Shown here: positions 23,041 through 35,950 of the stretch, one piece after another
Layout of the letters: every line of letters starts with the position of its first letter
Numbering within the stretch: position 1 is the first letter of the stretch
Origin: Callorhinchus milii
Taxonomy: Eukaryota
Direction: 5' to 3'
Length of the DNA stretch: 64,000 nucleotides
NCBI RefSeq assembly: GCF_018977255.1
Contig: NW_024704753.1
Location: 7,812,001-7,876,000, forward strand
Notes under the pieces: model-generated
What the model was told of the DNA's origin: nothing
Databases searched by the model: none
What the model saw: the letters and a program-made list of their open reading frames with translations, nothing else
Translations under genes and position numbers: made by a program

Positions 23041-25600
23041 AAAGCCCAGCACATGCCAGGCATTAAACACACGATTTTCACTGTCAATGTGGTTCAGGAA
23101 CACACTAAATAAATTCACTAAAATAAACAGCTGAGTTGAATTTCTTTTAATCACACATGATTTGCTACAACTCTGAAATGTGTCAACCATCAGAAAGTGA
23201 GGCATTTATCTCCTTCAGTTAATCACATTTACTTTCTTCAGTTAGTCCCATTTACTCAATTCAAACTGCCTTGCCCTGCTTTCAGTGCCATAGCATAGGA
23301 TTTCCTTTATTGTTCCCCCATGCTGCAGAACTCAGTGCAGGTATCTCTAAATCAAACACTGATGTGCTTTTGTGTCATTCTTGACCATTTTCCAAAATTC
23401 AAGTGTTTCATCAATGGCTAAAAGTGAAAATCGAAAAAATGGTTGCATTAGAAAAAAAGCAGTTTGGAATACTGTACAATTAAGTTGCACTATGAAACTT
23501 GCAGAAACGTATTTTGCATTAAAATTTATGCTGTAATTTAACCTTTGCCAAGTATAGTGGAAATCATTTTGCAGAACAGGTCAGAGAAGACCTGTGTGTA
23601 TTAGCAAATGTCCAGGTCACTTGTTCTGCAGACGAGGGCTATCCTGTAGTTCTCTAACCAGCTAAATTTTTGATCAGCATTTTCGTCACGCATTTGAAAC
23701 AGTTTCTCCCCATTTACTCTATCAAAACCCCTCATAATTTTGAACAGCTCTATTAAATCTCCCCACCATGCATTTGTATCAGGATACCTGCTCAATACAG
23801 AAAAAGCAGAGATTTTGCAAAATATTTGTCCCACTCTCTATTCAATTATTCAGTATTTGAACCTGAATGCATTTGATACAGAACAGATTAAACTTTTATA
23901 AAGTGCTGAGTGCCAACAAACATATCATTTGTTTGAACAGTTTGTGATGTGATGGTTATGAACCATTCCAAGCCCTAGATCAAGACATTTACTTCCAGAC
24001 AGTCAAAGTGAAATTGATTTTTACTGCCTATTGCCTGATACAAATATAAATCCAGTCGGGGTCCTGCTCCAGAGACCGCTGCTGGTAAGTAAGCAGAGGT
24101 TGCTGCTCAGGTGTTATTTCCCCCCTCCCCCACCACAGTGAAATAGTCTGCTGACAGTGACTGGAATCCCAGGTTATGTTTGAACAAAGTGGTCTAAAAT
24201 TAGTTACTATGAAACAAGCTAAATTAAAATGATAATAAACTATCAAGACTTTAATGAGGTCAAGTTATGTCATGCGGGGGATGCTGGGACAGAGGGAGCA
24301 TGAAGTCAGAGTGGATGAATTGTTCTGGTGTGGAAAGTAGTGTCACTATAGATTGTATTAAAAATATTGGCTGAATATTGCCACTGTAAAAATTCAGAAA
24401 CAAAGTGCAGATCATTTGCTGAGTCAGATTCAGATTGTGACTGCTTTAAAACACCATCTATTTCCCAAAACTTGGTGGTCTGCTCATTTGGTGGTGATGA
24501 AATAATGTCTTGAAGGTTTACAAGGGTCTGAAGATTGGGATCTGGTTGCGGAAGTTAAATTCCAGCTGAAATAGAGCTGGGATTCAAACAATATTAGCCC
24601 TTAAACAAGTGAATCATTGAGTCTTATCTTTCTCTCAATGTATTTCAACTATGACAATTTGTGAGCATAGAGCAGAGTACATGAACATGGAAGCACAGAA
24701 GGAAGCTATTTGGCCAATTGCGCCTGTGCGGCTCTTTGGAAGAGCTACCCAATCGTCCCCCATTGTCTTACAAATTTTTCCTCTTCCAAGTACCTTTTGA
24801 AAGTTGTTATTTAATCTGTTTCCACCACCCTTTTAGGTAGTGCATTCCAGATCGTAACAACTCACTGTGTGTTTAAAAAAAAAGTCTCCTCATCTCACCT
24901 CTGGTTCTTTTGCGAATTATCTTGAATCTATGTCCCCTGATTATCCACCCACCTGCAAGTGGAAACAGTTTCTCCTCTCATAATTTTGAATAGTTCTATT
25001 AAATTACCCTTTAATTTTCTCTGCTCTAAGGAGAACAATCCCAGCTTCTCTAGTCTCTCCACATAACTAAAACTTGGTACCAATCTGGTAAATTTCCTCT
25101 GCACCTTCTCCAAGTCCTTGATATCCTTCCTAAAGTGTGGTGCCCATAATTGGACACAATACTCCAGCTGAGACCTAACCAGTGAAGTTTACAGGTTTAG
25201 CAGAACTTCCTTTATAAAGCCAAGGATCCCATATGATTTTTTAACAGTTCTATCCAACTGTCCTGCCACCTTCAAAGATCTGTATATGTGAACACCCAGG
25301 TCTCTCTGCTCCCACTTTAAAACTGTACCATTTATTGTATATTGCCTCTCCTCAATCTTTCTTCCATTGCATCACCCCACACTTCTCTGCATTAAACTTC
25401 ATCTGTCATGTTTTATTTTAAATGAAAAAGTGCCCATTTCACCAGTCTGTCTGTGTCCTCCTGCAGTCTGCTACACCCTCCTCACTGTTTACTATGTGTC
25501 ATCTGCAAACTTTAAAATTTTGCCCTCTCTATCCAAGTCATTTATGTATATCAAAAAGAGCAGTGGACCTAATACTGGCCCCTGGGGGACACTATTGTAT

Positions 25601-26604
25601 ACAACAACAAAATTACAATTATATAACGACTTTCACGTTGGGAGGACGTCCCAAGGTGCTGGACAGAGTTTCGGACCCGGGCTGAGGGTTGGGGTGGGGG
25701 AGGGTGGAGGGAAGGCGGAGAAGCAGGGAGCTCGAATGCATGGTAAGAGAAGGCTCGTGAGGTGGGTCTTGAAGGTGGCGAGACAGAGGGACTGCGGGAT
25801 GGAGTTCCAGAGGGGGGATGCAGAGTGGTGGAAGGCCCACCTACCGATAGTGGGGCGAGCAAGGCGGGGGACTTGAAGAAAGCCAGAGCCCGCTGAGCCG
25901 AGGGAGCGAACAGGATGGTAGGGAGTTAGGAGGTCAGAGAGATAGAGGGGGAGCAAGACCATGGAGAGCTTTGAAGGTGAGGACCAGGATCTTGATCTGT
26001 ATCCTCTGTGTGATGGGAAGCCAGTGGAGTTGAGCAAGGATGAGGGTGATAGGGTCACGGAGCCTAGTGGGGGAAAGGACATGGGCTGCGAGTTCTGGAT
26101 GGTCTGCAGCCTGTGGAGGGAGGAGTTGAGGAGGCCGACAAGCAGTGAACCTCGATATAATGAAGGGGTGTGAGGGTTTCGGCAGCCTTAGGTGTGAGAC
26201 AGTGTCGGAGCCGGGCGACGTTGCGGAGGTGGGGGAAGGCAGAGCGGGTCATAGTGCAAATATGGGGCAGAACTTGCTGTGCGCAATTAGCTGCCGCGTT
26301 CACCCACAAATATACAGTCAATTCACTTTACAGTGTGTTCTGTGAAGCGCTTTGGGACGTCCTCCCGACGTGAAAAGCGCTATATCAAATGCAAGGATTA
26401 TTTATTATTTATTATTAGAAAGGATAGTTAAGGGTCGAACAAGATCCCAAGGTTCCAAACTAACTTAGTAAGGTGCAGTGTGCACCATGGATAGTGATAC
26501 TGTCAGCGCCTGAGTTGAGGAGGCGCTGATGGGAGCCAATCAGGAGAGCCTCGGTCTTGTTGACGTTCAACTGAAGAAAGTTAGCTCTCATCCAGGACTT
26601 GATG
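25601..26604 (-). mobile_element. L2 LINE 3' portion nested in CR1
   Basis: (TTG)n tail at 25601. It is collinear with 6624-7440, including IKSWMRANFLQLNVNKTEALLIG. Confidence 0.9.
26274..26416 (+). mobile_element. Young SINE 3' half nested in L2
   Basis: ttgctgtgcgcaattagctgccgc...gggacgtcctcccgacgtgaaaagcgc plus a TTA-rich tail, flanked by an agaa duplication. Confidence 0.92.
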
Positions 26605-29600
26605 CCACCCGATCCCTTTATTCCATGGACTTCAATTCTGCTAACTAGTCTATCATGTGGCACCTTATCAAAAGATTTAGTCCCATTATTTTCTCCATTA
26701 CCAGTTTTTATTTATATTAAATCCATTTAGTACTTTGCTTTGGCATAATGTTTACATGTAAACAAAAAAGCAAATGACATGAAGCAACATTTCAAATAAT
26801 GTTTACTAGGACTGCAAAATATTATTCTTTTTGTATAATCTTCTCAACAGTAATATGCTCCTTTTAGACACTTTAGAAGTTAAAGCACCGGTATATTTTA
26901 CAATTTTTTTTTCAGAATATCCGTCTGAAACGTTCTTTACAACTTTTTATTTCACATCATGTACATTTGAAGAAACTGCAAAACCAATTATACAAACCTA
27001 GTTCTTTCATTCCACACCATTACTGTGTATTAACTGCTTCTCCTTAACAAGGCAAGGCACCAAGATCAAATAATGTACATGAAAGATTTGCTTTAATCTA
27101 CCCGGTTTTGAACTTTAAATCAATCACTTTGACGAAGGCACCAGTTCAGAATTAAAGGGTACTTGTTCTGCACTGTTGTGAAATTTCAAGTGCTGCAGTT
27201 CATGGACCTGCATTCTTTCAGTAATGTCTATATTTGCCATTAATTTTACCATAAAAGAAATTAATGAATAGCTCGATATGCATAAACTTGAGTAATGGAT
27301 TCTATGTTCTTCTCACTCCCACCCATTCTTTCAAGTTCATGACTTTTGTGAAATGTAGAGTACTTTACTTCGAAATCCATTCCACAGCATAAAAGAATGA
27401 ATAAGATAAACGTTACCCACGTGATCATATTACAACTGAGGAAAAAAGTAAGGTAGTTTGGAAAGCTCTATGGTTTGTCCACTGTTGATACAATTTTTTT
27501 TCAAAAGATAAATAATTGTAGGGAAGGGCAGATCGTAAAACGTTAACTAAGGTGGACAAAAAACAGCTTTTTTACACATTCCTCCCAGTCATTCGTCAGC
27601 CATGGACTGTAAGACATACGTTTTAATGGAGTAACACCAATGGAGTGTTGATTTTCCCCGTAGTGGGATGGTACAGGTTGAGGACAGATACATGTATGTG
27701 TGACAGCCTTGACTGGGACACGGCCTTCAAACTGCAATGTGTGAGGAAGCAATTTGCTACACCACTGAGTTTCTTACAGATAAGTATCTACACAGAAAAG
27801 TGATACTGTACAACTTTCAACACACATATGAGATTGGTACACCATTTGTGCAAAGCAAGTTTTTTTTCTCTCCAAACAATGGAAAGCAAAGACTGCTTGG
27901 AAAACTAATGGAAATAATAAATAGAACTTGAGTAGAAAATTTTAAATTTTGCATATTAATCATAATTCCAGATTGGGAATCACTTGTGCTGACCATCTAA
28001 TGCATTGCTATCTCTGTTCCTTTCGGAACATTGATGTTGATTCCATTTACTAAATACTAAATAAAGGTTGGGGATGGAACCTTACCACCAGAGCTTTGTA
28101 ACATTGATATACTTGGCATCATAATTCATAACTAAGTTCAGTTTGGAGAAAATAATTTTGTATTTGTTTTCTTGAGGAATTGTAGAAATTTCACTGCAGA
28201 GGAGGTCATTCTATCTGTGCCAGCTCCACCACAGGATGTATTTCATAAACCCCATCTTTAACCCCATATCCCTGACATTTTCCCATACCCCATTAATTCT
28301 TTTCATGTTTAGATTTATCTTTAAATGTTGTAATTGACTTGGCTTCAACAGCCATTTGTGATAATACTTTGTGCATCCTTAGTGTAATAAAATTCTTCAA
28401 ACTTCCAAGTGTAACAATTGAGTTTATGCCGTAGACTCATCCATTACTAAGTACACAGAGAAACAAATACTGACTGTACAATGTAAAAATCTGGCTTCAC
28501 AATATGTTTAATTAATTATATTAATTATAAAATTAAGGTTGTCATCTTCCACAAATTATTAAAATATGTTTTAAATATTAAATTGGTAAGGCTTAGCGCC
28601 ACTGCTGCAAACAGAATAAGGAAATCTTAACTTGTATTTTTAAAATATATAGATGTATAATTTTCCAAATTTTTACATGTTAACCATGGATTGAAATCTA
28701 TTCACATATTAAACACTGTTTTCAAGAACTTAATATCCATGGTTTACATATAACTTGTACAACTTCCTTTTAGTTTAATGGATCAGTAGGAGGTTAATGA
28801 AAACTGGCAGTAACAATGCAAACCAATGTCACGTTCGTCACAAAAGCAACACCCCATTCAGAATGTTTGCTACAATTCAACCAAATCACAGTTGGTCTTC
28901 TAATGTACCAAGCGTAGACAATTCCTGCAAAAAAACTGAAGGCAAACGTTAGCTTTGGCCAAACGCCAACAGCTACAAAGTACTGCTGGATTCAAACATA
29001 CTACGCAAGAGAGTTATGGCTTATAACCCATTGGCAATTCTCTGATAATTTTACAATTTACAAGTACCATTCACATTTATCATCAGGAGGACACCTGAAA
29101 GCGCTTCACACAGCTGGCTGGGGACCTGGGCTGAAGAGCAGGAGCTAAGGAAGGTAGGTACAGATTAATGAAAATGCTATCAAAATGGCAAGGCTTTGAT
29201 AGTGGAGGGTCAGAGGGACTCTGGAATGCAGTCCCAAAGATCGGGTGCAGAATGAGAATACTGTAGTTTTATAATTTTTAATATCACCAAGGGTTTCTCC
29301 CAATTCTGCCTAACAGATTTGGATACCTCAATGAGTGCAAGCAATACATTTTGTATGTTCAGCTTTCATAATATTTGCACTGAGAATTAAACTGATTTAC
29401 CTTATAAAATGCACCTGTATTGTATCGTTGTGTAAGTCACATTAATTGAAAGGCTTCATAATTTTAATTGGAAAATAATTAAGCCAAAACATTTTTAAAC
29501 CATATCAAGATGTAAAATTGTTTCATACTCCAGTGTCAGAGGTGACACCAGTTGCCTCTGACTGGCAACTGCCCACAGACATAGTTTAGTGCAATGTAAA

Positions 29601-30682
29601 TGAGGAGGAATAGTAGAAACAAAGTAAACACACATCCAGAGCAACTGAATCAAAATAATTCAAAGGAAAGCAAGCTGACCGGCTGACAGGTCAACCACAC
29701 ATCTGTTCAGTTTCAAGCTATCATCTGACTACTTTGCAGGAATAGCGAAGAAGACTTGTCTGATCATGATAATATATACAAGAATACACAGTGTGTGGCT
29801 GGAAATGACAATTTTAGGAATTTTCCACCTCAGTTTGTAATATTAGACAGTTTATTCTATTATTCTAATGTATTGCATCTTGAGTGATCCCCATTGCCAA
29901 ATAATGAAGCTCTTGAAATCAAAACATTACACAGCATCATATTGGGAAGTATTCAGCACAGCCTGCACTGAAACGTTTTTGCAATACAGCTGTTTTGATC
30001 ACCAGATTAACTCCATGGTACAGTCATACCTATCTGCTGTGAAGTTTTTATAGTACTATTAGTTTTTTAAAAAAAGCATGCTATTATTTTGGGGCTACAA
30101 AAAAATCAGCCAATATGGACGAATTAGGATTTCTATTAAACATGAACTAAGGAGAAGATCAATACCATTTCTACTGAATTACTCTCAACTCTAAACAACT
30201 ATTAATTTTTCATTGGTGAAAAAATCAAAAACACAGACAAAGTGAAGAGGAGCAAAACGATCAAATACTGGATCAGCATTAAGGGCATCGAAGCAGCAAA
30301 ATGACAGACATTCCTACACATTACGATGGATATGTGAAAAATCCAGTTTCAAAGTCTAACTGATGTAAATTTGCACAAGCACGCACGTTGAATTCAACAG
30401 GATCTTTACAGATCCATCTAATATTGATTCACTTCACACACGATATAATTCTAGCTGTTTAAAATCGCACTAAGTTTGCAACAATGCTAAAATATGATTT
30501 AAAAAAAGGGTCATACATCTAGGATCAGAATTTACTCCTTCATCCTCTCAAATTTAGTAAAATGAACAGGGAAACTCTCCAGGAGAGGCAAAGAAACTGA
30601 GTTGTATCCCTCAATCTTGAACTAGTTCTCCAGAGATATAGCTGGTGAAGCTGTAGTGTGGGGACACAGAGGAGATTAGAGT

Positions 30683-30972
30683 ATCGTAGAATTAATACAG
30701 CACAGAAGGAGACCATTTGGCCCAATGTGTCTGTGTCGGCTCTTTGAAAAAAGCTATCCAAATCGATCCCACTCCCCCGCTCTCTCCCCATAGCCCTGCA
30801 AACTTGTCCTCTCCAAATAATTATCTACTTCTTTCTTAAAAGCTGTTATCGAATCGGCTTCCACCACCCTTTCAGGCAATGCATTCCAGATCCGAACAGT
30901 TCGCTGAGTGAAAACATTTCTCCTCACCTCCCCTGTTTTAACAACTATTTTAAATCGGAGCCCTTGGGTAAC
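30683..30972 (-). mobile_element. CR1 3' end
   Basis: GEVRRNVFTQRTVRIWNALPERVVEADSITAFKKEVD...QGYGERAGEW followed by the 3' UTR. Confidence 0.9.
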
Positions 30973-32190
30973 TGAGAACCAACAGACCAAGCTGTGAACA
31001 TGTGACCTTCTTGTCTGTAATGTATGTAAAGGTACACCCTTTATCGTCAAACCTGTGAAGAGATAGCTTTTGAACAATGAACGATTGTTCATAGTTGTTT
31101 ATTTTTGATACAGCAGAGGATGTGATCAAGCGTTTACACAACTCTCATGGGAATTGCAGTCCATTTAAGAGTATAATTTCCAGAGTGTGTGCCTACTGAC
31201 TCCACATATACACACCAAATAGAAAGCACTAGTTTCAAATAAGACTGGTCATTTGCATTACCTCATAACAAGCAGAAAATAGACAATAAAGTAATCACTG
31301 AGAACAATACTGAAATTTGGCAGACAATTGATTGACCCAATAGTACATTTTGAGGGCAACTAATAGTTAAATGTCAAGTGATAGAGATGGAAGTCCTAAA
31401 GATTTGATATTTACATAAACATGCATTCCTACTGTGTGAAATAGAATAGAGAAAAATGCATGTACACTAATTGCTACTGACTCGTCTCTCCAAATTGTTT
31501 GTCCTTGTGAAATATTCTATTGAATGAAAGTTCAGTTTCTACCAGTTATCTACTGCTTCACAATCCATGGCATTGGCATCTCTTCCTCACTTTCTCTCCT
31601 CCCCCACACACACAAACCCACACTTAGCTCAAATATAAAAGTGTGCAGAAATAAGCTGGTATCCCAAACAGTAAATCATCTCACCTAATCCTAAAATAAC
31701 ACAATTTGTACTTTGCATCAGTAAACACTTGTTAATCAAGAACAGGGACTGCAACCTCTTGGTTGGGACAGATAACTACTGACGAGGGAAGCAGCGCTGT
31801 TAATAAAAGGACCTGTGGAAAGTTGAGAATGCATTGCCTCAGCTAATATCTGTGGATGAGAGAGAGAGAGAAAAAGAGTGTGAGTGGACCTGAAAGAAAA
31901 GACACTGTCTAATTCAGTGGGCAGTGTTTTGCCATTATTCATTTGGTGCTGGTTTCTTTTGAATTATGTAGGAGCAAAATTGCTCCCTTTTTAGTTCCAA
32001 AAGTGGCTTCAGCTGGCTTCATTGTGGCCACAAGTACCACCATCTCTCATACCCCTGGTAAGCACAAGGATATGAAGGCCAACTGAGGTCTGTATGGATC
32101 AGCACTATTTGGTACAGTGCACATATTCACAACACCAAACCATTGGAAAAGTCCTCATCTATATAGTATTAAATGGACTCAGTTTTCTGA

Positions 32191-32436
32191 CAGAGTGAAA
32201 CCTTGGGCAAGTTTCCTTACTCCACACGCCTGATAATAATCCCTCAAGAAAAAAAACAATAATAATTTGGTCACTTCAATCTACGACTATTTGTGGGACA
32301 CTGCTGTGTGCAAGTGGCTGCCGCATTTTGCCCACAAATATACAGTCAATTCACTTTACAGTCTATTCTGTGAAGTGCTTTGAGACTCTAGAAGATGTGA
32401 AAAGCCCTATATCAAATGCAAGGATTATTATTATTA
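32191..32436 (+). mobile_element. tRNA-derived SINE lacking the head
   Basis: Body and tail match the family. Confidence 0.9.
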
Positions 32437-33064
32437 ACTAACTGAAAGTGGCTTTGAATTTGTTGAGCTCCAAAGTTTCTGCTTTCAACAAAAATAAATG
32501 CAGTACATTTTGTCTCAATTTTGCTATAACGATATCTTGAAAGCTTATTTTAACAGGAGAAATTTTGATTCAGATGAGCACAGAAATATAAACAAGCAAA
32601 TCTTAGTTAAAAAAATCTAGAAACAATGGTGGGTTACACCCCTTTGCAAAAGGCCTTTGTTTCCACTCACACAAGCCCAGACACGACTTACTTCACCACA
32701 AGCATCATTTTATTTCCGTCTTTAAAATAAGGAAGGTGTAGGATTAGTAAGCCAGCAGGTTGCAGAAGATGCAATGGAAAATTAAGTTTACATCTCTGGA
32801 GATTGAAATTCAATGAAATCTTGAAAATCTAGCATTGTTACTTACAAAAACACTATGCCAGTTTTGAACCAGAACACACACACACAAGCTATCACATTTC
32901 CTGCATCACTTGTTAAATAAATTCAGATATCAATGCATGCGGTGTGACTCATTTGCGGTAACGAGCCAATGATATTCATCAGGTGAGTTACTCTTTGCTA
33001 ATATGAATACACTCTGCATTACATCTGGGGATTGAGATGATGTTAATAATATCGAATAACTTTT

Positions 33065-33490
33065 GTGGGAGGTTAGCAGGGTGTCTTCAGGGCTGAACTG
33101 GTGCCAAGGTGTTGTGTTTTTTAATCGAAAACTGGAATCAAGTTGATCCTTTGTGGGGGTCTGATTAGTTCAGTTTCTCAGAAAATTTCTAAAGGGTAGA
33201 GTGGCCAGGCAGTGCTCTCAATGGCGAGTTATGGGGTTTTAATTGTGGTTCAAACTCCAAAAGTACCCCCACGCACATTCTGCAAAGTCCCCAGGCTCTT
33301 GCCAACCTCGCCCATTTGTGGAATTAGTTAATTAGTGTGCGTCCTTCCAGGGGGAAGAGTACTACTCCATTCCAGCAAAGGGAATTTTCTATCTGGAGGT
33401 GGCATCCATTCGAGGAACTCTGTCTGGTTTAAACACCTTTAGGCAGGGGGATGGGTTTCGATATGAGTCAGAATCGCTGTTGACCAAACA
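33065..33490 (-). repeat. 'Family X' diverged copy with an internal deletion
   Basis: The reverse complement contains ttgctggaatggag...ggacgcac...ctaattcc...tggcaagagc...gccattgagagcactg...ccactctaccc and caccttggcaccagttcagc. Confidence 0.65.
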
Positions 33491-34479
33491 GAAGACTCAT
33501 CTGTGAAGTCAGTGCCCCATCAGGAGCAGAGCCTGTGCCCCATGCATTATAGGCTATTCTACAAGAACCCCTTCTACGTGCAAATAGTAATTATATCCTG
33601 ACAATATAATTCAAAGGTATTGAAAAAATACTTGAAACATTGTAAGGTACAAATACTTCCACTGAATAGGCATTTAAACACATGTTGTACTCACTACTGC
33701 ATATGTACTTATAATAATAATACTTACATTTGATAAAGCATCCCACTTTGGGAGGATGTACCAAAACTGTTCACTAGATATACTGTAAAGTGTAGCGATT
33801 GTGCATTTTGTAAGTGAAGGCAGCAGTTAATTTGCGAACAGCATTGTCCCTCCCACAAATGGCCATGAATGACTAATTTTAATAAGGGGATTGGTGGCCA
33901 AGGCACCATGAAATGACTTGGATATCCTAGGATGAAAATAATAACAATCCTTCTGTCTGATTGAAGAATTAAGCACTATTTGCACACAAAGTGGATCATT
34001 TTACATTTAAGAATTGGTCTGAAACCTATGTTTGCTCTTTAAATGGATATTTTTTTGCACTGACCAGGAATAATGTAGAAATGTATACGTAAAAACATGT
34101 GGTCCTTGTGCAATGATCAAACAACACCATTTCAAACCATTCTAAAAATACATATTATTCTAAAAATACATAGATTGGGCCCTATACATTCATTCAATTT
34201 TCTAGTAAAATGTGTAAATTTAAGGACCAAAATCCAAGGGAGAAGAACTCCATTTCACAGCCTGACCTAATTGGAAACTCTGACAAAGTAGGCAATGATT
34301 TCACTTACAGAATGTATGAAATGAGACAGAATGTACCAAAATAATGACTGACATTTGCACTTAAACTAGAACAGCCCTTTTTAACTTAAGATGAAAATAA
34401 GAGGACCAGACTGTGCATTAGAAGCATTACTCATTAGTTCTCCAAACATTATTCAAATGAATGGTGCATTTCCATTTTA

Positions 34480-34900
34480 TCTGCTTGTACCATTCTGAAA
34501 ATGGTACCAATATCGGAACGGTACCCAGGCTTGTAAGAAATAGCACTTGTCACACAGGTTTTGGGTTTGCTTGCCAATTTATGCCAAATCAGAGCACTTT
34601 TGTACCCTGCGAACACAACCACGCTCAAAGAACAACCCGGCAGGACTTGAATGCAGAAAGGACTGGAAGAAAACCGCAAAATGAGTTGCCCCCTCAAACA
34701 ACACTTCAGCTGGACTTTGACGTAGAAAGGCATGCTAGAACATGGCAAAATGCCGCCTAGAGGCAGAGGTCACTCCATTTAGCTGCGCACAACTATGATC
34801 CAGGCAGAGACTACAAATCAGATGGCACCCATCATCACTGAAATCTACATTCCATATTGGATGCTTTAGTTGTAAGCGAAACTGCAATGGGTACAGCTAG
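34480..34900 (+). mobile_element. Helitron-like remnant, 3' end (5' boundary uncertain)
   Basis: It ends atcactgaaatctacattccatattgga...gggtacagCTAG|T at 34900. This 3' block is shared with the copies at 35951 and 41894. Confidence 0.6.
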
Positions 34901-35950
34901 TAAAAATATAAAAGTAATTTTAACATCTCTGCAGAGGAGTTTTTTAAATCACAGTACAGTATAATTAATACAAAGTCTGACTGATTTAACCGAATATGCA
35001 TTTAACATTTTAGTGTGAGCAATAATCTGGAATTCTTTGTTCATTTGTTAAACAAATTCATTCATTTGTCAGCTGGCAGCAGCAGCACTTGCAGCATAGA
35101 CAGATCTGCTAATAACCAATTAGTGCAAGCAAACGCCTAATTATGCACCTCAACTTCACCTGCGATTGAAGAGCACCTTTCTTCACAGAGAACCCACACA
35201 ATAGAATTACAAGATTTGAGAATTCTCACAGTAAACTGATCACCAGGAAAGGAGTTGAAAGAGCAATGACCTTTATGTATATACTATTAAATATAAAATC
35301 CCCTCTATCAGCCCCTCATTCAAGTACTGGGGCTGGTGACCCAATGCGAGATCTATGGGAATGCTGCTCAGGTTGACAATTGCAATATGCAAAAGAAAGG
35401 TGTATAGGGTCAAGCCTCAGTTTTTTCTTCTGTTCCTCACAGAAGTTAAGGAATTAGCTTCCTCATAGCACCATGGAACCTTAAAAAAACTCAGGAGGAG
35501 GAGGATAAACCTTTGCAGCAACAATCCACATTTCACAGCAAATCTGAGTTCTGTATTTGCTAAAGTAAAATGATGCCAAGTAAGATTTATTTGAAGGTTA
35601 TGGATGCAGTGACTAAGTAAAACTAAATGGAAATAAAAATAATTAGTATTACTTCCATTGTCAAACAAATAGTGTTCGAAGTGAGGACGTTTAAATGTTT
35701 ATAACAACAATCTATTCCTTACAACAGGTGGAAAATATGGCTATAATTTATCTAACCAAGAGCAGGTTTACCTTGCACTGCCTGTAGCCTTCACTGTACC
35801 TCATCTTACGAATGATGATTATCATGGGATATAATCAGGAAAAACCCTTCAGTCTCTTGATGCAAGATGAACATTAAATATTAATTCAAGCTCTCTGGGA
35901 CGCTACCCTGCATGAAGGGCGCTGTATGATTGTTGTTGTTGTATTAATGA

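Larger units (their letters stand above)
24680..26674 (-). mobile_element. CR1 LINE fragment (24680-25600, resuming 26604-26674) interrupted by L2
   Basis: ORF 24928-25113 (EKVQRKFTRLVP...[20 protein letters not shown]), the GVPQG-type sequence at 25575-25595, and a minus-strand segment reading PHDRLVSRIEVHGIKG at ~26615-26660. Confidence 0.88.

Noticed and set aside
34749-34767. CTCF-like motif tgccgcctagaggcag
   Set aside because: It lies inside a probable Helitron remnant with an imperfect match and no independent support.
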